A DNA stretch of 64,000 bases from a bacterium (GCA_963663405.2 CAXXSM010000122.1:32001-96000); one strand, 5' to 3'; positions 46,809-57,119 are shown, counted from the first letter of the stretch. Numbers and translations: made by a program. Notes: a model not told the origin generated them from the letters alone.

Positions 46809-47963
46809 TTATCCTTCCACCGCCTCCCTACTCTTTATATCCGCAAACGAAATAATTTTCGAACCATGCTTTTCGAGCGCCTCACGCAACGGGTCTTGAG
46901 CGAGGTGCGCGTAAACTTCGGTTGTGGAAAGAGTACTTTGATTCAACGCTTTTCCAACCAGGATTAGGCTTTCGCCACTCGAAGCCAACCATGAACCGGC
47001 GGTGCGGCGTAGATCATGAATGCGAAGATCTGGCATTCCGGCGCGTTTGCGTATCCTGTACCATTGCTGACGCGGGAATTCTAACCAGTGGCCGGATGGA
47101 CCAGGGCCGGGGAATATCCAAGGTGAGTGGGGATCGCGCGGAATACTCTCCAGCATTTCAACGGCGGCGGTGGAGAGTGGCAGGTAGAATACGCGGCCTG
47201 GTTTGGTATCCGGTAGTTTTAACATTCGTTGATCCGGATCGTAGTCAGTCCATTTCAACCGCATGAGTTCTCTATTGCGCAGGCCGGTTAGCAGGTACAG
47301 CCAGAGTCCGGCACGTATGCGGGGATCGTTTTCGGCGTTAATGGAATTGGCGAGGACTGGCAGGTCAACCGCAGTCACCCAGCGGTCCCGTTTCTCCTCT
47401 TTGTATTTCGGTATACGTTTTGCCGGGTTTGCTGCTGTATCCGGAAGGTAACCTTCCTCGATCGCGAAACTATAAATTTTAGAGACTAAAGATAATACAC
47501 GGTTTGCCTCGTAGGGGGCCGTCCTGCCAATCCGCTCGTGTACGTCGCGCATATCAGGCCGTTTTATCTTATCAACATGTTTACGTCCCCACACAGGGCG
47601 CAGGTGCTTTTCAATCCTGCGGCGATCATGATAGCCGGTTTTCTTTTTCGAGGCGTGGCGTGCAATGAAATCGTCTGCCAGATCACCGAATGTGGACGCC
47701 TGTTTGTCGCGTGTAGCCAGATCGTCACCGAGCGCCAATTGCGTGTTGTACATATGGCCGATCCGGCGGGCGTTCGCAAGCATGATACCTGGATGCTGGC
47801 CTATCGTGAGTTTTGTTAGTTTCTTATTTCGACGATAGTAGAAAATGAATGATCGCTGGCCGGATGGAAACACGCAGATACCGAGATGTGGACATTCGGT
47901 ATCCCAGATAATACCCGGTTTCTTAGCTGTCTCGATAACGTGTTGTGATAGTTTCCGTTTCAC
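46809..47963 (-). CDS. int: Tyrosine integrase of the island (arm-binding N-terminal domain)
   Basis: IWDT..G..SF.F.YR..TIG arm domain; TGLRNRE, K, HDLRRT, LNQS..T.VY. Confidence 0.92.
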   Translation of the reverse strand: MKRKLSQHVIETAKKPGIIWDTECPHLGICVFPSGQRSFIFYYRRNKKLTKLTIGQHPGIMLANARRIGHMYNTQLALGDDLATRDKQASTFGDLADDFIARHASKKKTGYHDRRRIEKHLRPVWGRKHVDKIKRPDMRDVHERIGRTAPYEANRVLSLVSKIYSFAIEEGYLPDTAANPAKRIPKYKEEKRDRWVTAVDLPVLANSINAENDPRIRAGLWLYLLTGLRNRELMRLKWTDYDPDQRMLKLPDTKPGRVFYLPLSTAAVEMLESIPRDPHSPWIFPGPGPSGHWLEFPRQQWYRIRKRAGMPDLRIHDLRRTAGSWLASSGESLILVGKALNQSTLSTTEVYAHLAQDPLREALEKHGSKIISFADIKSREAVEG

Positions 47964-47983
47964 CGCTCAACCTCCCATTTCAA

Positions 47984-48031
47984 GAATCAGCAGAAAATCA
48001 GCCGTTCGCTTAAGGTAACTCCAAGGTAACT
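47984..48031. repeat. Paired short direct repeats, possible arm-type sites
   Basis: AATCAGC x2 and AAGGTAACT x2 between the integrase start and the att repeat. Confidence 0.45.
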
Positions 48032-48124
48032 GCTATGTCGTATTATGTCGAGTTTACCACAAGTGAAAGTTGAAAAATAGGCGGAAAAACGGGTTTTTTG
48101 ATGTATGTTGACGAGTACTGCGTG

Positions 48125-48169
48125 TGACTCCAAATCAGCAGGTTAGGGGTTCGAGTCCTTCCACGCCTG
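48125..48169 (+). repeat. att site: duplicated 3' half of tRNA-Trp
   Basis: TGACTCCAAATCAGCAGGTTAGGGGTTCGAGTCCTTCCACGCCTG, 43/45 identical to 28637-28681. Confidence 0.92.
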
Positions 48170-48380
48170 ATTGATTTTACTAAACTTACAACTCTCTCTT
48201 ATCTTCCAATTTCCAAATGGCGCCCACGTTTTAAAAATAAGATACTATATCTCTATGCGGCAATTTACCATATACTTCTTAAGATCAATGAATTTATAAT
48301 GAACACGGCTGGTCGGACCATTCCCTAGTTTGTAATAGGGGAGCAATCCATCGGCGGCTTTCTAAACAAATAATCGAACA

Positions 48381-49595
48381 ATGAGGAGTATCATGAATCG
48401 CTATATTCTACTTTTTTTCGTTTCCACACTGTCGTTACAAGCGGATGTATCAAAATGGACACATTTCACCATTGATTGCCCACTGCCTGGAACGGGTTGG
48501 GGGACGGCAGGGCCTTCTTTAGCGGATTATGATGGCGATGGTGATTTGGACATTGCGCTTTCGCGTAGAGCCACAAAGACGGCTTTCTGGTATGAACGAG
48601 TGAGTGATTCGATTTGGATTCCCCACATCATAGGGAGTTCAAACAGTTTAAGTACGGCGTTGGGAAACGTAGCGCTGGATGTCAACCACGATGGATTTTT
48701 TGATGTCGTGATCAACCAGGTTTGGTTTGAAAATCCCGGATGCCTGGATGAGAATCCGGATGCTCCGTGGTCGGCGCATTCGTTTGAGGGTGGTGGACAT
48801 GATATCATTGCCGCAGACATCAACGGCGATGGGAAGGATGATATTGTAGCCGATCTCGGCATGGCTTGGTTCGATACGGCAAACGGCTTGAAAAAATCGC
48901 TCATATACAATGGATTGGAGTATCACGGATGCATCGCTCCTAAAGGTGTTGGCGATTTAGACAACGATGGTGATGTGGACCTCGTCGTACCAGGCCATTG
49001 GTTTGCAAATCCCGGTGAGGGAAAGGGAGAATGGAAACGACACGACTGGCCGCATAAATCTATTCCCAACGCATCTTACGGAACAAGCATACGCAGTTGG
49101 GTTGAAGACCTTAATGGAGATGGGTGGAAGGACATCCTCTACAGCGATTGTGATACAGGATGGGGGCATGTTTATTGGGTTGAGAATCATGTCAAAGATG
49201 GAGCTTGGATTTCACATCCCTTGGATGATCCACCCACCTTACCTGGGGATGTGCCTGGAACCGGTTCATTTCATTCGCTAGGCGTAGCCGATTTTGATGG
49301 TGATGGAGATTTAGACATCTTTGCTGGAGAGCAAGAAGATCCGTCGGATATGAAAGGAGCAGGAACTATTCCAATGAAGCCAGCAGGATTAAAGGAGCGG
49401 GGAATAATCTGGGAGAACATTGGCAGCGTCAAAAATCCCTCGTTTCACCCCGTTGTAATCCAAATCGACAATCCCGGTTGGCATGATATCGCTTTAGGTG
49501 ATGTCGATGGAGACGGTGACATTGATATCGTCAACAAAATTTGGAATAAAGATGGAGCAGCCTATCATGCGGATTATTGGAGAAACGATAATTAG
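48381..49595 (+). CDS. Secreted FG-GAP/VCBS repeat beta-propeller protein
   Basis: Seven DxDGDGDxD-type motifs; signal peptide. Confidence 0.88.
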   Translation: MRSIMNRYILLFFVSTLSLQADVSKWTHFTIDCPLPGTGWGTAGPSLADYDGDGDLDIALSRRATKTAFWYERVSDSIWIPHIIGSSNSLSTALGNVALDVNHDGFFDVVINQVWFENPGCLDENPDAPWSAHSFEGGGHDIIAADINGDGKDDIVADLGMAWFDTANGLKKSLIYNGLEYHGCIAPKGVGDLDNDGDVDLVVPGHWFANPGEGKGEWKRHDWPHKSIPNASYGTSIRSWVEDLNGDGWKDILYSDCDTGWGHVYWVENHVKDGAWISHPLDDPPTLPGDVPGTGSFHSLGVADFDGDGDLDIFAGEQEDPSDMKGAGTIPMKPAGLKERGIIWENIGSVKNPSFHPVVIQIDNPGWHDIALGDVDGDGDIDIVNKIWNKDGAAYHADYWRNDN

Positions 49596-49692
49596 TTTCT
49601 GTTGCGGAAAGAAAAAGGTAAAAAAGAGCGTTACTAAATCATAGCCCATTCCTTACAAGAAAGTCAGGCAAACTCAAAAGAAGGAAAGGGTT

Positions 49693-50240
49693 ATGAGAAG
49701 CAAGATCAACGATCAAAAAACATTCAATTACAATCCATCGATCAGCGTGAAAGTCGTTCAAGATTACGTTAACAAATATCAAGGATTGATGAGATTTTAC
49801 ATGAGAATCGAGAGATTTTGGATGTTGTGCATGACGCTGCTTTTCTTGTTCAAACAAAAGCCGAGATGGGGATTATACAACCTTAGAGATTTTTCGAGCG
49901 ATACTGGTCCTATTTCTTGAATAATGGAGTTTTCGGAAAACCGTTGTGAATATCGATACGAATCTAGTCCTCCAAGAATTTGTCGGCCTGGGATTTAAAC
50001 CGGTGATGGATTTCACGTTTTTGAATAAAGCCTACTGCGCCCTCACCAATCCCACATGGGAGAAGATCAATTAGGCTTTGAATCAATATGCGCGGCAGGA
50101 GGTAAAAATCGGCGGCGAGGAGTTGCGTGTTGACAGCACGGTGTACGAAACCAACATCCATTTAAGGGATTTAAGAACTATGTGGTCAACGTAGGGTGCG
50201 CGGTGTATTGCCATAACCTTGTTCTGCTGACTCATATTTG
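49693..50240 (+). pseudogene. Degenerate transposase relic (IS5/ISNCY-like)
   Basis: Broken frames give LRVDSTVYETNIH and a C-terminal IAHNLVLL-type segment; many stops and a large internal deletion. Confidence 0.6.
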
Positions 50241-50374
50241 TTGTGGCAAAGCTAGTTGTCGTCTCAATTGAAGCTTAAGTGATTCGACTCAAAAGCGGCT
50301 TTCCGCAATAGAAACTAAATAACAGAGTTTTGTTACTTTTAATCGTCAAAAAGTAGATTTGTCACTATGCGGAT

Positions 50375-52036
50375 ATGATTAATATGTCATCAACAAATAT
50401 CGATGCAGTAATTTATTATCACGAAGAGACAAAGCATCATTTCCATCGCTTCGCCCGTTCGCTGGGTCATCTGGATTGGGCGAACCAACCGCATCCTTTT
50501 CGTTATTATGAAGGCGCGCCGCGAATCGCGCTTCCTTTTCTTTCCCTGAAGGAGGATGTTCCATACGAATCACTCTATAATCATCGGCTTGGTGAACACC
50601 ATGCAATTGATGAGTCATCGATTGCGGATTTCCTGCGGTATTCATTAGGACTAACGGCATGGAAAAAATATGGAGAGGATCGCTGGTCATTGCGCGCCAA
50701 TCCGTCCAGTGGAAATCTTCATCCCACCGAAGGTTATATAATTTTGCCCACCATGCCTCAATGGAGCGATACCCCAGCGGTTTGTCACTATGATCCCGAA
50801 AAACATCATTTGGAAATAAGAGCGAGGATATCGGATCCTGTATCAGCCCAGCTGCTTGGAAAAGAATCGCATTCGTTTCTGATTGCTCTCAGTTCGATTC
50901 ACTGGCGCGAAGCGTGGAAATACGGGGAGCGCGCATTTCGATACTGTCAGCATGACGTTGGTCATGCGATCGCCGCTTTGCGCTTTTCAGCAGCGTTACG
51001 CGGATGGCAATTGAAACTCATTCCCTCCTGGCCCTCCTCCAGACTGGAAACGTTGCTCGGTTTGGACCGAATAGAGGATTTTCACAAGAACGAACATGAG
51101 GAACCGGATCTGTTGGCTTTGGTTACTGATTCAAGCGAAGAGTTTGAACTTCCATTGCCGCCGGATGAATCTTTTTTCGATGCATGGCGCTCCGCCAAAT
51201 GGCATGGAAAAGCCAATCGTCTCAGCAAAGAACATATGCCATGGCCCATAATCGAGACAACCGCAAACGCGTTACACATACCGGACACTCAATCCAAGAT
51301 CGAATCACCGTGGCGCCCTCCATCCAGTCCGCAATTGCTTACATCCTATCAAACGGGTAAACGGGCAAAACAGATCATTCGTCAACGCCGCAGTGGAGTT
51401 GATTTTGATCCACGATATACAATCGATCTCGGCAAATTTCTCCCGATCGTTGCTCGTACATTGCCGAATTCGGGATCTCCCTGGGATGCGATTTACTGGC
51501 CCGCTTGTGTCGATCTCTTTCTCTTTGTTCACCGGGTAGAAGGCATCCCTTCAGGTTTATATATGCTCGTTCGTAATCCCGGTCATGAAGACGAGTTGCG
51601 AACCTTGTGTCATAATGAATTTCTGTGGACCAAACCCAGCGGAATCCCTGGTGATATTCCACTTTACTTGCTGAAGGAGAAAAATGTTCAAGATATCGCT
51701 TGCGCCATCAGTTGTCAGCAATCCATTGCTGGAAACAGTTTTTTCAGCCTGGGGATGCTTGCCCGTTTCGCTGAAAGTCTCAAACGATATGGACCTTGGT
51801 TTTATCGCAGTCTTTTCTGGGAAACGGGTATGATCGGACAGGTGTTGTATCTTGAAGCCGAAGCCCACAATGCTCGCGGAACGGGAATCGGATGTTTTTT
51901 CGATGACGCCGCACACGAACTTCTAGGCATCGACGATCAATCGTATCAAAGCCTATATCATTTCACAATCGGGATTGCAATCGATGATCCCCGATTGAGT
52001 ACATTGCCCCCCTATGCTCAAGAACCACTATCTTGA
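50375..52036 (+). CDS. SagB/ThcOx-type double nitroreductase-domain protein
   Basis: YHEETKH..LDWANQP, LRANPSSGNLHPTE, WREAWKYGERAFRYCQHDVGH, RQRRS, GQVLYLEAEA..GTGIGCFFDD. Confidence 0.88.
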   Translation: MINMSSTNIDAVIYYHEETKHHFHRFARSLGHLDWANQPHPFRYYEGAPRIALPFLSLKEDVPYESLYNHRLGEHHAIDESSIADFLRYSLGLTAWKKYGEDRWSLRANPSSGNLHPTEGYIILPTMPQWSDTPAVCHYDPEKHHLEIRARISDPVSAQLLGKESHSFLIALSSIHWREAWKYGERAFRYCQHDVGHAIAALRFSAALRGWQLKLIPSWPSSRLETLLGLDRIEDFHKNEHEEPDLLALVTDSSEEFELPLPPDESFFDAWRSAKWHGKANRLSKEHMPWPIIETTANALHIPDTQSKIESPWRPPSSPQLLTSYQTGKRAKQIIRQRRSGVDFDPRYTIDLGKFLPIVARTLPNSGSPWDAIYWPACVDLFLFVHRVEGIPSGLYMLVRNPGHEDELRTLCHNEFLWTKPSGIPGDIPLYLLKEKNVQDIACAISCQQSIAGNSFFSLGMLARFAESLKRYGPWFYRSLFWETGMIGQVLYLEAEAHNARGTGIGCFFDDAAHELLGIDDQSYQSLYHFTIGIAIDDPRLSTLPPYAQEPLS

Positions 52037-52209
52037 TAGAAATCGCCCTCGTTCGATAACCGAGAGTGATCCCTTACTTTCAAGGAATTACGTTGACTAA
52101 CATTTGATGAGTGACGTAAATCTGTTTGGCTTTTTTAGCAAAATGATCGTAATGATCCTGCTTGATCCATTTTCTCAACGCGTCGGCCACATAATCGTCA
52201 ACCACAATC

Positions 52210-52565
52210 TCAGCGCAATGGATCGGGCGAAATCTCTCCAAGTAGTTGTCCATCCTCAATCAGCTTCGCCTTTAATTTTTCGTAATCAAGATCCTGAACG
52301 GCGATCCCCTTATCAATCGACAACGCCGCTGCCGTTCCGGCGCTCTGACCAAGAATCATGAAAACCGGTTCCATCCGGATCGATCCGTATGCGACATGCG
52401 ATGCGGAAAGACAAACCGGCACAAGCAGATTTACGCATTCTTCCTTTTTCGGAACGATTGAGCGATAGGAAACAGGATAGGGCTGTGGACAACCATGCCC
52501 AAAGCCGCCTTCGTTTCTCACTGTTTTTATCCCATTTTCTTCCACGACAACACGCTGACAGAAGT
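52210..52565 (-). pseudogene. C-terminal fragment of an FAD-dependent oxidoreductase, cut by the MITE
   Basis: [49 protein letters not shown]. Confidence 0.8.
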
Positions 52566-52824
52566 GGGGTATGTTCGGAATACGTGTAAAAAGTAGTCAC
52601 TTGAGAGAGATTCTTTGACTAAAATAAGACGATCTCAAGAGAAAAAGTGATGATTATTTCGTAAAACAGACAAAAGGCGAAGAAAAACAGTCGAAAATGG
52701 TCTTCACCAATGTCAAAGGGAACAAAAAAGCCAACAATTTCGTATCAGTAAAAGAAAATACGAAATTGAACTCGGAAAACAGGGCTGAAATGACTACTCC
52801 TTGCATGTATTCCGAACATACCCC
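52566..52824. mobile_element. 259-bp Tn3-derived miniature element (TIME/MITE)
   Basis: Ends GGGGTATGTTCGGAATAC... match the transposon at 59265-63194; interior is homologous to that transposon's resolvase-tnpA intergenic region. Confidence 0.88.
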
Positions 52825-53035
52825 TAAATGGAGTGCTAAACATCGTTTTTAATTTGTCCATCCCCCTAAATTTTGAAGACAAAAACGCCAAAAGTTTGGT
52901 AGGCACAAATTGTATCTAAGTTGCCTATTGTTATAGGCTTACAAATATTCCTGTGGCCGATTACGTCCCTTTTAGGAATTTAACCCTATTTTGCAAATTG
53001 ATCTAACCCTCCTCTTTAACAGAGTTTATAAATTG

Positions 53036-54410
53036 GCCTCGTCAAAAAAATCTATGGGTAAATTCCGGTTGAGGAAGTTTACCAAGGGTATGATACAAGG
53101 CGATTTCCAGCGTTCGAAATGTTCGAAAGCCGTACGCCATTTTGGTAGTCACTTTCGCTTTGTTATTTAATCCTTCCACGACACCAGAAGAAAACTCTTT
53201 TTTCGCCCGAAACCAGTTCAAAATCAGTTCCCGATGACGCCGAAGCATCTTCGCAACCTTTTTCATTGGCTCGATCCGGGATCGCATGGTCTTGGTACAC
53301 CATTGATCCAAAAAACGGCCCGCCCACGATGCCGACTTATAGTCCCAGAAAAAGTGGAACTCTTCTTTTAAAAGATAACTACGCACGGTCCGAAGGTTAT
53401 ACCGAACCACATTGGCAAGTTTTTCCACCTGCTTCTCGGTTAGATTCACCGAACGTTTGAGAAACCACCAACGGCTTCCTTTCAAGACCGGCTCCAATCC
53501 CTTGGCTTCCCCAGCCCGCACCTCATCGATGGCTTTATTCATATGGGCCACGATGTGAAAACGATCCAAAATATGGATGGCCCCTTTCGCTTTCTTCGCC
53601 ACGACTTTGAGATACGCTTTCCACATATCGCTGCAAATGAATTCCAACTTCGCGCTCCGCTCCTCACCCAACCAGCGGAAAAATCTCAAAAACGTCTTGG
53701 CCGTTCTCTTTTCCCCAATCCAAAGTAACCGCCTACATCCCTCATTGATTTGATACACCGCAGTCACGTAATTGTGCCCGCTTCCCCATTGCATTTCGTC
53801 CACTCCGATGGCGGTGATTCCTTCCAGGTTCCTATGCTCCCGTCCCCAATTGACGGCCCTCTCCACCGAGCAAAATACTTTGTGCCAACTCGTTTGAAAC
53901 GCCTCCGCCACTTGCGTCCAATTTAACCGCTTCGCCCAACCCGCCAGAAACCACTGATACGCGCTCGTTAATTCGTGCTTTCCTTCGGCCCAGGGAACTT
54001 GCTCAATTTTTACCCCGCAGTCTGGACACTCGACACGCCGCATTGTGTAGATTAAAAAAAACGCGATTCCCCACAGCGGGACCATTTCAAAACGACGCTT
54101 GTCACGCTTGTCGTATCCGGGTCTTTTCTTTCCACAGCCGGAACAGATTGGACGATTTCCCTTCCGGGGGCGGATTTCAACCTCCAACACGGTTTTCTTG
54201 TTCCATTCGCTAAAATAGACCGAATCGTACACAAATCCCTTGATTTTATGAACGCGATTGAGGATAGTCTTTACTTGCATCCGGTGGCCTCCTGATTGAT
54301 GGTTTGTCTTCGTCGACTCCATCTTCTTAGGATACGTTACCGGATGTCCTTTTCTATCTCTCCTTCTTCAGCATTCCCTCTTGTTTACCCACTGATTTCT
54401 CTGAGGAACC
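53036..54410 (-). mobile_element. ISL3-family IS, copy 2, with 8-bp TSD ATAAATTG
   Basis: Same IRs as copy 1; ATAAATTG at 53028-53035 and 54411-54418. Confidence 0.95.
53042..54280 (-). CDS. ISL3-family transposase (intact)
   Basis: CSGCG/CPDCG zinc motifs, IGVDE, CSDMWKAY, LDRFHIV, VEGLNNKAK..AYGFR. Confidence 0.93.
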   Translation of the reverse strand: MQVKTILNRVHKIKGFVYDSVYFSEWNKKTVLEVEIRPRKGNRPICSGCGKKRPGYDKRDKRRFEMVPLWGIAFFLIYTMRRVECPDCGVKIEQVPWAEGKHELTSAYQWFLAGWAKRLNWTQVAEAFQTSWHKVFCSVERAVNWGREHRNLEGITAIGVDEMQWGSGHNYVTAVYQINEGCRRLLWIGEKRTAKTFLRFFRWLGEERSAKLEFICSDMWKAYLKVVAKKAKGAIHILDRFHIVAHMNKAIDEVRAGEAKGLEPVLKGSRWWFLKRSVNLTEKQVEKLANVVRYNLRTVRSYLLKEEFHFFWDYKSASWAGRFLDQWCTKTMRSRIEPMKKVAKMLRRHRELILNWFRAKKEFSSGVVEGLNNKAKVTTKMAYGFRTFRTLEIALYHTLGKLPQPEFTHRFF

Positions 54411-54745
54411 ATAAATTGAAATAGCCTATTTCCTTTCGAATCGTTGTCGTACCCCCTAGTCCATCAAAATTTTTAAAAAAAATGTTTTTTTTGTCATAAA
54501 GTAACCTGTCTGAGGGATAATAAATAACAACATCCGTTAATAAACGAAAGAAAAAATTTTGCAATTCAATACCTATGTGAAGGCCGCTTTCTGGAAATAG
54601 ATATCATGGGTAGTCCTGAGTGAATGCATTTTTTTTCTGAGTAATCTTAATATTGAATTACTGCCTATTTCCATCGATCCTTCAACAAAAAAAAGCCCGC
54701 GTTGATTTCTCTCGCTAGCTGATTCATACGGAAGGGGGAAGGAAA

Positions 54746-55591
54746 ATGAAGTGCAGGAAAAACAATCTTGAAATCCACTTTGAGGATTTCAAGAAAGGAT
54801 GCAGTGATACGTGGGAAAAAATCTATGATGCCTTGAAAAAACTGGAAGGCGTCCCGGAGCATTTAATGTTCATCGAAAAACTGGACATTCATGCGGAGAA
54901 AATTTATTTCGATGCGCTCAAAGTACTTTACAGGCATCGGGAGTTGTTCCTCAGCCTGAGGCAATTCTTGAAAACATTGCATCGTAGCCTCAATGATTAT
55001 TTAATACTTGCCAGAACACAGCAAATGCATGACAGACTTGAAAACTTGATTAATGAAAAATCATTCAATGATTTCCTCTATCGGCGGCCCGCCAACAACC
55101 TCAAAAAGGTTATGAATAACACATTGTTGGCGGCGATCGAGGAAAGGCTGTTTAAGGATTTAAGAGTAATCAGCGATACATATTCTCAAGGAAGAAAATT
55201 CATTGCAATTCGATCATTCGAGATCGCAACCTCGGGAATGAAACGATTGAAATCGAGAGACTCCGAATTGAAGCGCAAGAACCCGCAGATCAGACCGAGC
55301 TGGTATTGGGCTTATCACCTATCGGGATATTCATCTGAGGGAATCGAATGGATTTTTGGGTCCTCAATGTGTGGATTTTCGGAAAAAACCTTAAACAGGC
55401 GAATCCCAGGAATTCACGATGACCTGACGGAATATTTCAATCCTTTCATCGATGGAAAAGAAGATCGTGGAGTCAAGGAAATGTTGATTTCACTCATCCC
55501 AGTAGTGGAAGAGGAGAAACCGGAAGAATACGAGAGAATCAAGCCCGTCGATCATAACCGAACGAATATCAGAGTGAGAATGGAGGCGTAA
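54746..55591 (+). CDS. Hypothetical protein, possible divergent ECF sigma factor
   Basis: FKKG..TWEKIY, AEKIYFDALKVLYR..LRQFL..NDYL (region 2-like); GYSSEGIEWIFG..SEKTLNRRI..L (region 4-like); strong RBS. Confidence 0.5.
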   Translation: MKCRKNNLEIHFEDFKKGCSDTWEKIYDALKKLEGVPEHLMFIEKLDIHAEKIYFDALKVLYRHRELFLSLRQFLKTLHRSLNDYLILARTQQMHDRLENLINEKSFNDFLYRRPANNLKKVMNNTLLAAIEERLFKDLRVISDTYSQGRKFIAIRSFEIATSGMKRLKSRDSELKRKNPQIRPSWYWAYHLSGYSSEGIEWIFGSSMCGFSEKTLNRRIPGIHDDLTEYFNPFIDGKEDRGVKEMLISLIPVVEEEKPEEYERIKPVDHNRTNIRVRMEA

Positions 55592-55593
55592 TC

Positions 55594-56562
55594 ATGGTTA
55601 CCACGTATCATCACGCGCCCAAATTATACGCTTCTTTTACCAAAGACAAGAAAGATGAACTGAACGATTTAAAGAATAAATTCTTGGATTGGATCAAATC
55701 TGAAACGTTCAAGGATGATAACCCCACATTCCTGACCACGCTTCTCCAACTCCCTCATGCAGAGAGCGATATGGACTTGTTTCTCCTGCAGGAACAAGCG
55801 AGGGAGCTGTTCGCGGTCGTCATCAAGGATAAGACGGAATTTTTGAGTTTGTATTACAAAGCTATTTCTGCCAGTCAGGAGATGAGTGGCAGCGTGATTG
55901 GAAAAAGTGTCGCCCAGGGATTGGAATTTCTGATAAACCAATGCCAAAAGGAGAGTTATTTCTCCAATTTGCGTGACAAAATCCATCACAAGGAAAAATA
56001 TCTTCTATCGAAAGGGATCGATGTTCGTAATCCCAAAACGTGGCATGTTCAATTTTCTCCTTATTACATGAGGGAAAGAGAAAATATCGGTAAGGAGATT
56101 CTGACTTTTCGAACCCAGTTTGCTCTGGGCTGGCGTAAGGTGGCGCAGTTGAAAATGAAGGCGCTGGATATGCAACTACTCATGCTCTATTTCGAGGCGA
56201 AACTGGCAGAAACCCAGCTGGACTACGACGATAAGAAATTACTCGAGGATATCCGATATGGATTGGGTTTCAATACTTTGGAGGATTACTTCCCCAAAGG
56301 AACTTCCCCAAAGGAACTTCGAATGGAGTTGGGTTTATCCAGCTGCATAATTGACGGACTCATCGATGAACAGCAACGAGTGAAAATCCTGATCGATAAA
56401 TTGAGCCGATTTTCCCTGAAATACGCTAAAATCGATATCAAACAAGAAGAAGAGATGCTAAAAAATGACGAATCCGCATCGATTAAAAGTCCAATCGTAG
56501 GGAAAATGTTTTATCGCCGAATTCAACACAAAAACAATCGTCGGATGAATCAAAAACCTTGA
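55594..56562 (+). CDS. Hypothetical helical protein, translationally coupled to the previous gene
   Basis: 322-aa ORF 2 nt after the upstream stop, with GGAGG RBS inside the upstream gene. Confidence 0.7.
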   Translation: MVTTYHHAPKLYASFTKDKKDELNDLKNKFLDWIKSETFKDDNPTFLTTLLQLPHAESDMDLFLLQEQARELFAVVIKDKTEFLSLYYKAISASQEMSGSVIGKSVAQGLEFLINQCQKESYFSNLRDKIHHKEKYLLSKGIDVRNPKTWHVQFSPYYMRERENIGKEILTFRTQFALGWRKVAQLKMKALDMQLLMLYFEAKLAETQLDYDDKKLLEDIRYGLGFNTLEDYFPKGTSPKELRMELGLSSCIIDGLIDEQQRVKILIDKLSRFSLKYAKIDIKQEEEMLKNDESASIKSPIVGKMFYRRIQHKNNRRMNQKP

Positions 56563-56822
56563 AATTAACCTCGAAATAGAAGCGACTCAGACGAAACGGC
56601 CAGATTACTGGCGAATCGTTGCCATTCTCTTTGAGCATATTTAAATGAAAACAAATACCGGAGGCTTTCAAAATGAATATACCGGTTGAATATTTAATGC
56701 ACCAAATTCCAAATCCATTCGATTATCCGCAATTAACAAAAAATCGTAGAAAACATTATCCTTTCATAAACATTTGTGAACTTGATAACCGATAGAATTG
56801 GAGATAGTAAAAATGAACGAGA

Positions 56823-57119
56823 ATGAAATTATTATCATCAGTCGGAATGAAAAAGAGGTGGTTGAAATTCGAGATATGTGTTACCAAAAAGGAATTAGAA
56901 AGGGGAAAAATCATGCGACAGTCGGAAAAAAACACCTTACAAGTACTTGCAGAAAGCGCTGTTAAGAGCGTTTTTGGTTTTATGGAAAAAGAAGAAGCCC
57001 GAAGATATACTTCTAAATTACTCCAAATTAAAATCTCTCCAGTTCTGATGGATAATCATTTGGAGATTCTTCGAATTTATCGTAGAGAGTGCATGACTCT
57101 AGATAAAATAGAATGTTAG
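56823..57119 (+). CDS. Small hypothetical protein (likely start 56913)
   Basis: ORF with AGGGG RBS before MRQSEK; may be cut by the IS3 relic. Confidence 0.35.
   Translation: MKLLSSVGMKKRWLKFEICVTKKELERGKIMRQSEKNTLQVLAESAVKSVFGFMEKEEARRYTSKLLQIKISPVLMDNHLEILRIYRRECMTLDKIEC

Larger units (their letters stand above)
28637..48169. mobile_element. Genomic island integrated at tRNA-Trp
   Basis: 45-bp direct repeat of the tRNA 3' half (28637-28681 vs 48125-48169, 2 mismatches); integrase adjacent to the distal repeat. Confidence 0.88.

Noticed and set aside
46838-46852. 15-nt match TATCCGCAAACGAAA between the island integrase and the Tn3 candidate core site
   Set aside because: A few 15-mer matches are expected by chance in 64 kb, and the copy lies in coding sequence without the inverted arm.
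48121-48170. Second tRNA-Trp
   Set aside because: Lacks the 5' acceptor strand, D-arm and CCA; it is the att duplication.
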